A stretch of 64,000 nucleotides of DNA from assembly GCA_963674945.2 (NCBI GenBank), contig CAXXWQ010000003.1, positions 128,001 to 192,000 of the forward strand, read 5' to 3'. The translations under genes and the position numbers were made by a program. Positions 9,591 to 18,800 of this stretch are shown piece by piece. The DNA comes from an uncultured Desulfosarcina sp. (GTDB taxonomy: Bacteria; Desulfobacterota; Desulfobacteria; Desulfobacterales; Desulfosarcinaceae). The stretch's first letter is position 1, and each line of letters begins with the position of its first letter. Below the pieces are notes generated by a model, which worked only from the letters and a program-made list of their open reading frames with translations, was not told where the DNA came from and made no database searches.

Positions 9591-10973
9591 TCATTGCAGC
9601 TTGAACTCGATGCCGAAGCGCTTCATGCGGTTCCAGACGGTAACCCGGGAAACCCCCAGCAGCCTTGCGGCTTCGGTTCGGTTTCCACGGGTTTGCTGGA
9701 GTGCACTGATCAATTGATTGCGTTTTTGTGTTTCACGGCTTGTGCGCGTCGCTCCCCGGTCCCAACGGGTGTCGACCGTTTTTCGGCTGTCCTGAATGTT
9801 GGGGGGGAAATGGTAGGGCTCCAGTCGATCCTCCCGGCAAGTCACAAAGGCATACTCGAAAGCACTTTTCAGTTCCCTGACATTGCCGGGCCAGTCATGG
9901 TCGACCAAAAGTGCCATGGCTTCCGGGCTGATGGTGTGAATCGATTTACCGGTTTTCAGACCCACCCGGCGGATAAACGCCTCGGCCAGCAAAGGAATGT
10001 CTTCGGTCCTTTCCCGCAAAGGCGGTATCCAGATGGGAATCACGTTGATGCGATAGAAAAGATCCTTCCGGAAGGTCCCTTCTCGCACCAGTCTCTCCAA
10101 ATTACGGTTGGTTGCCGATATGATCCGTGCGTTGATCGGGATTGACGCGTTTTCCCCCACCCGTTCAATGACTTTCTCCTCCAGCACCCGGAGCAGTTTG
10201 ATCTGGATGTGGGGAGGCAGATCACCGATCTCGTCCAGAAAGATGTCCCCCTTGTATGCCGCTTCGAAACGGCCTTGACGATCCCGATAGGCGCCGGTGA
10301 ATGCACCCTTCACATGGCCGAAAAGTTCACTTTCCAGCAAGGACTCGTTCAGGGCGGCACAATTGACTTTGACAAACGGGTGCTCCCTGCGGGTACCGAT
10401 ATCATGTATCGAACGGGCAACCAGTTCCTTGCCGGTGCCGCTTTCACCCAGAATGATGACCGGTGCATCGGACCGGGCCGCGTTGCGTACCTGTTCGAAG
10501 ACCTGGTGAATGACCGGGGAAGCCCCTATCAGTTTGCTGAAACCGTCTTCATGTTGCAGCTCCTGTCGGAACGCCTTGATCTGGTTGTCCTTTCTGACCA
10601 ATTCGGTGATATCGGTGATGGTTTCAACGGCACCGATCACCTTGTTGGTGCGGCTGTGCAGCAACGAGGCGTTCTTGATAAAATGGACGCGGCGACCGTC
10701 TTTTCTGTTCAAGGTGCACTGGGTCATGCTAACCCTACCGGTGACAAACAGATCACACCACCGCCCTTCCGATCCGTTACGAACGCTTTTACACTGATCG
10801 CAGCTGAGCAGTTGACACGGCTTGCCCACGACTTCGTCCTGCCGATAGCCCGTGATACGTTCGAATGCACGGTTGACGGAGACGATTTTCCCGCCGCGAT
10901 CGACAATCATGACGCCGTCTTGAATCGTGTTCACAACTGTTTTCCAATGAAAATTCAGATCTTTCTCGAGCAT
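9591..10973 (-). CDS. PAS-domain sigma54-dependent activator (Fis HTH)
   Basis: Cys-rich PAS, GESGTGKE, GAFTGA, FLDEIG, WPGNVREL, C-terminal HTH. Confidence 0.95.
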   Translation of the reverse strand: MLEKDLNFHWKTVVNTIQDGVMIVDRGGKIVSVNRAFERITGYRQDEVVGKPCQLLSCDQCKSVRNGSEGRWCDLFVTGRVSMTQCTLNRKDGRRVHFIKNASLLHSRTNKVIGAVETITDITELVRKDNQIKAFRQELQHEDGFSKLIGASPVIHQVFEQVRNAARSDAPVIILGESGTGKELVARSIHDIGTRREHPFVKVNCAALNESLLESELFGHVKGAFTGAYRDRQGRFEAAYKGDIFLDEIGDLPPHIQIKLLRVLEEKVIERVGENASIPINARIISATNRNLERLVREGTFRKDLFYRINVIPIWIPPLRERTEDIPLLAEAFIRRVGLKTGKSIHTISPEAMALLVDHDWPGNVRELKSAFEYAFVTCREDRLEPYHFPPNIQDSRKTVDTRWDRGATRTSRETQKRNQLISALQQTRGNRTEAARLLGVSRVTVWNRMKRFGIEFKLQ

Positions 10974-10983
10974 CTTCCCCGCC

Positions 10984-11041
10984 TGTTAAAATTGATGTTA
11001 AAATTGATCGTTTGTTAAATTTTTCTTTAACAAATTTAACA
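10984..11041. promoter_or_regulatory. Candidate enhancer (UAS) array for the sigma54 activator
   Basis: TGTTAAAATTGA twice in tandem, palindrome TGTTAAA-N6-TTTAACA (11013-11032) and an extra TTAACA. Confidence 0.6.
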
Positions 11042-11154
11042 CACCCCGTAAAGCTTTCAAACAGGTGGCGACCATTGTCCACGGATACTTAACATATTGT
11101 TTTAAAATATAATAGCAGCGTATTTGAATCCAGCTCATTACTCAATCTTAAGGA

Positions 11155-11170
11155 TGGCAACATTATTGCT
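11155..11170 (+). promoter_or_regulatory. Sigma54 (-24/-12) promoter
   Basis: TGGCAACATTATTGCT, GG-N10-GC, about 100 bp upstream of the oxidoreductase. Confidence 0.8.
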
Positions 11171-11268
11171 CAATATGCGGGGACTGCAGCTGATAACCAG
11201 CCGCTAACGTTGAAATTGGACAGTTACCCGGTTCTTACCAAGTAGAATGCTGACAGAGGAGGCACACA

Positions 11269-12648
11269 ATGAGTATGGAAAGCACAGACATTTTGATCGT
11301 CGGCGGATCGGCTGCCGGCCTGATGGCGGCGATGACAGCGAAGAAACGCCACCCCCAAAAGAGAGTGACGATCTTGCGCAAAGCGCCCAAAACACCGGTC
11401 CCGTGCGGGATCCCCTACATTTATGGCACCATTAAGCATGTAGAAAAAAATGTGATCCCCGACGATGGCTTTATTCAGCAGGGCGTCGACATTCGCTCTG
11501 TGGAAGTGCAGGCAATCGATCGCAAGGCCAAGACGGTGCTCTTGGCAGACGGCTCCCGTATCGCCTACGGCAAGCTGATTCTGGCAACCGGGTCGAGCCC
11601 CTGCCTACCGCCGATTCCGGGAATCGATACCGGCAATGTCTTTGGGATTCAGAAAAATTCGGAGTACCTGCAAAAATTGCTGGGAACGCTTGCGTCTTCC
11701 GGCCGGGTCGTCGTGATCGGCGGTGGGTTTATCGGCGTGGAGATGGCGGAGCAAATTGCCAAGATGAATGAAGACAACGGAACCCAAAAAGAGGTCAGCC
11801 TCATTGAAATGCTCCCCCACTGCCTGATGCTGGCCTGCGAGCAGGAATTCTGCATCGACACCGAAAACGAGTTGCGTGAATTGGGTGTCAACGTCGTGAC
11901 CGGCGCCGGTGTAAAGGCCATCGAAGGAAATGGCAAAGTGACCGGCGTCAAACTGGCCTCCGGCGAAACCTTGGCTGCGGATGCCGTTGTGGTGGGGATC
12001 GGTGTAATGCCCAATATTGAACTGGCCCAGCAGGCTGGTCTCACTGCTGATTCACGTCTGGGAATCCAGGTGAACGCCCACATGCAGACTGAGGATCCGG
12101 ATATTTTTGCCGCCGGCGATTGCGCTTCCAAATTTTCATTTTTCGACGGCCAACCTTCCACCATCCGACTGGCTTCCGTAGCCAGCAGCGAAGGCATGAT
12201 CGCCGCCAGCAATCTCTATCGCTCAGAGCGTAAGAGTATTGGTACCATTGGTGCCTTCGGGACGTGTGTCGGCAACTGCAGCATCGGCTCAGCCGGACTG
12301 ACCAGCCATGCCGCTTCAAAAGCCGGCATTTCCTACGTAGTGGGTGAAGCCGTTTCGCCGAACCGCCATCCGGGTTGTTTGCCCGGCGTCATACCAAACA
12401 TGAAGGCCAAGGTACTGGTAAGAGAAGATGATGGTCGCATCATCGGCGGACATGTGCGTGGCGGCGAGGCGACTGCGGATATGGTCAATATCATCGCCAC
12501 GGCCATCCAGTCCCGCCTGACCGCCGAACAGTTGGCCACCATGCAGTATGCCACCCATCCATTGCTGACGGCATCGCCGCTGTTCTATCATGTGATGCTG
12601 GCAGCCGAAAATGCCACCGTTCACCTACAGAAAAACGGAGGCAACTGA
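11269..12648 (+). CDS. FAD-dependent pyridine nucleotide-disulfide oxidoreductase (CoA-disulfide reductase/NADH oxidase-like)
   Basis: GGSAAG, single-Cys PCGIPY, ATGS, GGGFIGVE, IFAAGD, YATHP; GAGGAGG RBS. Confidence 0.9.
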   Translation: MSMESTDILIVGGSAAGLMAAMTAKKRHPQKRVTILRKAPKTPVPCGIPYIYGTIKHVEKNVIPDDGFIQQGVDIRSVEVQAIDRKAKTVLLADGSRIAYGKLILATGSSPCLPPIPGIDTGNVFGIQKNSEYLQKLLGTLASSGRVVVIGGGFIGVEMAEQIAKMNEDNGTQKEVSLIEMLPHCLMLACEQEFCIDTENELRELGVNVVTGAGVKAIEGNGKVTGVKLASGETLAADAVVVGIGVMPNIELAQQAGLTADSRLGIQVNAHMQTEDPDIFAAGDCASKFSFFDGQPSTIRLASVASSEGMIAASNLYRSERKSIGTIGAFGTCVGNCSIGSAGLTSHAASKAGISYVVGEAVSPNRHPGCLPGVIPNMKAKVLVREDDGRIIGGHVRGGEATADMVNIIATAIQSRLTAEQLATMQYATHPLLTASPLFYHVMLAAENATVHLQKNGGN

Positions 12649-12867
12649 AAATGGTTTGACGGCAGGAAAATAGCCATTGATACCGGCTCTGAAGTTTTCT
12701 CTTTTTGAATGCCCGATTCGGGCCGGGCCGAACCAATCCGGAAAAAGCCCGGAAATTGTAAATGTGTGATCGTCGATCGGGTAGGGCGAAGGCGTCTGTT
12801 TCAGATGATCTTCTCTCTACCCACCGACCCACAAGATAATCCATCACACGCTTCATACAGTTACCGA

Positions 12868-15800
12868 TCAATTCCGATGCTGCTCGCGGATGGCCTTCTC
12901 GAACCCCCGCCGGACAGCCTCTGGAAACGGGTGTGGGACCGGTGTATTGCGTTTATCCCGTCGCACCCAGACGACTTCTTGCTTTCCCGTGGCCAATTTC
13001 ATCCGCTTTCCCGAATGGTCGGGTTTATAGTACTCAAAATGGAGGGTGGCCCGGCACTCCTTGAGTTTTTTCAATGCCATGCGGACTTCGATGCGGTCGA
13101 AGGGCATGGCCTCCCGCAGATGATCCACCCGACAGTTCAGACAGATCAATTCCCCTTTTTCTCCGGTCCCCTTGAAATGGTCGGGAATCAGATCGTAGAA
13201 ATAACGATCGCGGACCCGGCCCTGCCAGGCGTAATAGTTGGCAAAATAAATGTTGCCCACGATATTGGCATCCTCCAGGCAGGTGTCCATCCATTGGGTG
13301 AGAAGGGTCGGCTTGACGATGGGACCGGCCTGTGCCCGAAACAGTTCCCGCTCGCCTTCGCCGGCAAACAGCGGCCTCAGCGGCTCGGCGATGGGCTCGG
13401 GAAGATTGGGTGCCTCATAGCGAGGCAACATATCATCCAGAAAGCGTCCATAATAGTCGGGATAGGGTTCCACCTTGGCCACCCCGTGGTCCAGAATCCT
13501 GACCCATGTGGTCTGTTGCTCCAGCCATGCGAGACGCTGGTAGGTCCCGTCGGGCCGCAGTTTGCGGAAATCGAAGGTCAGATCCAGGACGGCATTTTGG
13601 GCACCGCCGTTGCCCGATGCCCACAACCATACCTCGATCAGGTCGTGGGTGGTCGCCTCGCCCAAAATGGTAAGGTCGGCATAGTTGGTGACGCCGCCCC
13701 ATTGTCCGGTAGCGAACTGGTCGGCAATTTTTCTCAGCACCGGCCAGGCCGATGTCTCCCTTGCCGTCCCGGCCCAGAAAAAATAATGGGAGTAATAAAC
13801 GTTTCGACTCAGTTGACCGGCGGGCATGAAGGTTACCGGAAAACGGTAGACGAATATTCCCTGTCCCTGGGGCCCGCCGGCAATAATTTTATAGTGCTGC
13901 TGGTTGAACAAGCTTTCATACCCGGAATAGTCGATACAAGGGGCCTGTTCGGCCGTGATGGCGGTCGGCAGGTCGGTCAACGACAACGCAACGACCCGTT
14001 CTTCTCCAAGAGTGAGCACCATCCATACGGTCAGTACCTTGATCAGGCCCTTGTCCGTCGTACAGGTAAAAAGAAGGCTTTCTGGCGTGGGCGCTTCGAA
14101 GTCAATGAATATGGTTTCTTGTACGCCCATTTTTTGTAGGACTTCTCGGGCCGACCAAAATGCAGTGCCGTGCCGGTCCAACGCAGGCCCCTCCTTCTGA
14201 TCGTCGAGCAGTCTCCTGCCCAAAGGTCCCAAAAGCCCGGCCCACTGGGAAGCGCTCCGATGGGTCACCGGCGAAAGATCGCACCCAAGGGAGCAAGATC
14301 CCACTGCCACCAAACAGTACCGATCGTCATGGGTAACGGACACATCAACCGGATCATTGAGGATCCAGGCCTCAGGTTTTCCGGAAAATTTCCACCCGAT
14401 CCTGACCGGGCAATCCGGCATACCGTTTTGCCGCCCCCATTGCGCAACGCTTTGTTCGACAAAGGTTTCCACCCGTTCCCGTCGCTGCTCTTTGGACAAG
14501 TCATGCAGTCCCGGAAGGTAGGTTACCCGGATGGCAGGTACCTTCACACGCAATGGTGCGGATACGCCTGCGATCCGGTCCTGAACCATTTGCGTATCGC
14601 GATCGTCCGGATTCAAAAAGTCCGCCACCGTGGGGTAGTCATCATGGTGTTTGAGGATCTTCAGGCGATATCCGGTCAGCCGTTCTACGATACCCCCGGA
14701 TTCATCCAGCGTCTCTACTGCTGTTTCGACCTCCTGATCCTGGATTCCGAGGAGTCGGGTTCGAATCAGGCGCCTATTTTTTCCGGAAGACGATGTTATC
14801 ATCGGAGCGATTTCCCATCGACGAATCGACAATGGCAGCGAGGTGTCCTGGGGAATCAGCAACGCCGCCGACTGGAGCAGATTGTCCCGCAAAAACGGAT
14901 CACCGAGCAAAAAATTCCGCTGCGTTTGTGTGGCGAAGGCCAGCGAAGCACTATCCGGTTCCTCAGGCGGCGTTCCGACGACAACGGTCCCATGATCTGC
15001 GGTGCGTTCCAGCTGGTAGACGCAATCCATGCGTTGAAACCGGGGTCCCTGGAAAAGAAGGGTGTCGCGGTACAGGTCCTTCGTTGGATCCATGGCAAGG
15101 GGCAGGAACGGGTCCATCTGAACCGCCGCGTCGGGCCTCTCCATGGTTCCCATCACGAAGGTAGCAGAAAAAAATTCGGTGTCGGATTCGGCATCAACCT
15201 TGAAAATGCCCGCCTCGACCGCCAGTTCTTCTCCTGCGACGGACCGTTCCCGGGTCTGTGCCCAAATCACGATGTCGGCGCCGCTTTTTGCGTCGACGAT
15301 GATGGGCCGTCTCAGCTTGATATTCTCTATCGTAAGACCGGTAAATCCGGTAACTCCGGTGACGTGGGCCACCACCTGGGCCATGGCTTCAAGACCGAAA
15401 ACCGCCGGAAACAGATACGCCCCTTCATAACAATGATCCTCGAGGTAAAGGTCTTCTTCCAGGGAGAGGTGAACCAAGAATGCGGACTCGACACCCGGGA
15501 TGAAATGGACCCGCCGTTCGAGGAACCGTGCCCCGTCCACGGTCGACCGCGTCGGGATGCCCAGGGTATCCAGCTGCATGATCCGGGCGGCCACGAGCAC
15601 CTGGTGGGTGCCGGGGTTGAAGAGAAAGAGCCGTAGGAATCGATCGACTCCTTCTTTGGTGGGGATCGCCTCGATCCCCTTTCTCTTGAGCGCCGCGACA
15701 CTTCCCAGCCGTGCCCCCATGCCTTCATCGCGCCAGATGCTGTACGCCACGGAAAGGGTTCGCGTTTCCGGATGAGTCGAACCGAATCGACGCAGAATGA

Positions 15801-18800
15801 GATCCAGCGCTTCGTTGGAGAAGGCATACCAGCCGTTTCCCTGCATTCCGGTGATTCCGATGATGGAAGTCAGTCCCACAATGAGCCGGGTAGGCTGGTC
15901 TTCCAGTTGGGAGATAAGGTTCAGAATGCCGATGACCTTGGGTCCCACTTCTTGCAGCGCCTCTTCGGGCGACACCTGGGAGAAACGGCGCGGGGTGTTC
16001 TGGCCGGCACCGTGGATGACGCCGGTGATCGGTCCCAGCTCCCGTTGCACCTGTCGGATGGTTTGGGCAACGGCCTCCTTGTCACACACGTCACAGCGGT
16101 AGTACCGTGCCGAAAGGCCATGACGTTCGTAGCGCCGGAGGGTTCGGGAAACCGGATCCTCTTCCCCATCGCCTGCGCGTGACGTATGTATTGGCGACCT
16201 TCCCACCAGCGCCATCTTTGCGCCAACGGTGCGGGCCAGGGCCAGGGCACACTCGGCGGTGATTCCCTTTGCCCCCCCGGTGACAAGAATCACATCTTCC
16301 TTTGACCAGGTAGTGGGCGTAGGATCGTGTTGGGTCGGCTCGATGGCGCTGGCAACGGTGGTGCGTCGGGTAAGATGATGATCGTATCCGGCTTCGACGA
16401 AGTTTTGCGGTCCACGGATTTCCAATATCGTTTTTTCCGCAATACGGTTCGCGTCGATGCCTGGATCGAAATCGATGACCCGCATCTTCAGATCGTCTCT
16501 TTCCAGGTAGACACTCTTGGCAAGGGCTGTTGCGCAACACTGGTCGAGATAGTCCGCGTTGTCTACGGTTCCGAAATATCCTCCGCCAAACTGGACAAAA
16601 ACCAGACAATTGCGCCGCCGTGGGCCATGGCTGGCCGGCGGTGGAAGGGCCGCGAAAGAAAGCCGCCGGATCATTTTTCGCAGTCGATTTTCGGTAAGAT
16701 CCGAATCCTGGCATACACGGGGCAAAATAGCGATAAAATGGGAAAAATCCTCTGAATCGCCCCCCGTTTTTCCGCTTTCCAGGGCATCGAACGTTTTTAT
16801 GGATACGCCGGCCCCCTGCCGGATCAGATGCGTGTTGAGCGCCCGGCATACCGAATCATCGGCATCGTCTGCCAGTATCAGGACACGGGCGTTACTCCAC
16901 TGGTCTTCCCTTCGTTTGCCATACCATGAGGGCAAGGCGGGTAAGGGGCTTTCGATTACATCGATGCGCAGTTCTCTCACCGTGGTGCGGGGAAGGCGAA
17001 GGGTGGCGAGTGGATCGGCGGGATTGGTGGCATTGGCCATTCGGATGAATATATCGGCAATCTGCGCCAGACTGCGGTGTTGCAGGGGCTCGGGATCGAT
17101 GTTCAACTCGAGTCGCAAGGAATTGGCCGTCGCCGTCAACAGTTCGAGAAGTTGTTTTTCGGAGAGGTGCAAATCCGGTCCGACCAATGATTCTGTGGAA
17201 ATTTGGGCAGCCGCCACGCCGGTGATCGACGCCATTTGGTCCACCAGCAGCGGCAAGACGTCCGATGTCGTCAACATGGGATTATCGGTCGCCGTGTCCG
17301 ACCGGTCTTCGAAACGACGGGCTACATGATCGGCGATTTCTCCCAGGGAGGCATTGGTCCATTGGGCCGGGTCTATTTTTCCGGTCAGATCGAAGCGTTC
17401 GGCATACCTGGCGATGAGATCGCCGGATTTGATGGAGTCCAAATTTAAATCGTCGAGCAGGCGGGCATCCGGGACCAATGTCTGCTTGGGAAATCCTGTG
17501 ATCGTCTCCACTAGGTCATACAACTGTTCAAGATCCGGACGGTCCGCCCGGTTGCCGATAGCGGAATTTTCATCCGCGGCTGCGCTTTCGATGACGGGCG
17601 AGTCATGGGTGGCATGAGGTGACAGCGTCTGATCGGTTATGGCATGTTTCAGGTCGACTTCGATCAAATCTTTTAAAAATGCCCCTCTCTTTTTCAAATA
17701 GGCGTTCGCCGTCTCGGGCGACAAGCCGGACAGTCCCGGTAGATCCAAAAGCCCCTGGGACAGCGCCCGCGTAAGGGAGGACGATATCGGGGTCGCCGCT
17801 TCCCCTGCGGAATTCTCACAGGGATTGGAAAAAAAGGCTCGTCGAGAAGGCGGAACAAAGGGGTAGACCGGTCGGTTGGCATACAACGCCTTCCAGTTGA
17901 TGGTCGTTCCACTGACGAACAACCGGGCCAGAAGGCCATTGAGGTCGTCCGTCTGAAAGGCTGAGACTTCCGTGGGCAGGCAATCGATTCGCCTTTCGGC
18001 GGAGCTGTCGGAAAGGGTTGCGTCCACCAGTCCGCACAACACGCGGCCGGGGCCGACCTCGATAAGCAAATCCGTACACCCTGCAATGGATTCCGCAAGG
18101 GCCATGAAGTTCACTCGGGCCGTTACCTGCCGAACGAAATGATCGGCCAGATCGTGTCCGGCAACGATCTCTTTTCCGTCCATACCGCTGAACAGTCTGA
18201 TGGTTGGTGTCTTCAGGATTGCCGGCAAGGCGGTTCGTCCCGTCAGTTTTTCTGCGGCCGGTGCGGTCAGGCGGCAATGAAAAGCGTTGGAAACGGGAAG
18301 TCGGCGGACGGGAATATCCGCATCTTCTGCCAGACGACGCAATTGTTCGATGGCATCCGATTCTCCGGCGGCGACCATCTGGTTGGGAGCATTGATGTTG
18401 GCCAGGGCCACATACCCGTCGGTAACGTTCTCTAGCAAGCGTTTCGCCTTTGTTTGGGAACAGCCCAACCCGATCATGGTGCCGCTTTTGTCCGGCCGCG
18501 TACTCATGGCCTGCCCTCGCCGAAAAGCAAATCGTAGCAAAGTCGTTTCATCGAAGGCGCCGGACGCGAAAAATGCCGTCGCCTCACCCAGGCTGTGGCC
18601 GCCGACGGCGACCGGAACGATTCCCAACTCGCTCAAGTACCGATGCCAGAGAACAGAAGCCAGGCAGATGGCCGGTTGCGCATTGGCCGTCAGGGATAGT
18701 TCATCGAACCATTGTTTTGTCCGGTCCTCTCCCAAGATCTGTTCATCGGGGGGAAACATGACTTCGCTTGGAAACGTCGCACCACATTCGCCGGCCAACC

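Noticed and set aside
12709..15636. Long + strand ORFs (476 aa and 488 aa) opposite the PKS
   Set aside because: Antisense shadows of a GC-rich gene, with no recognisable motifs
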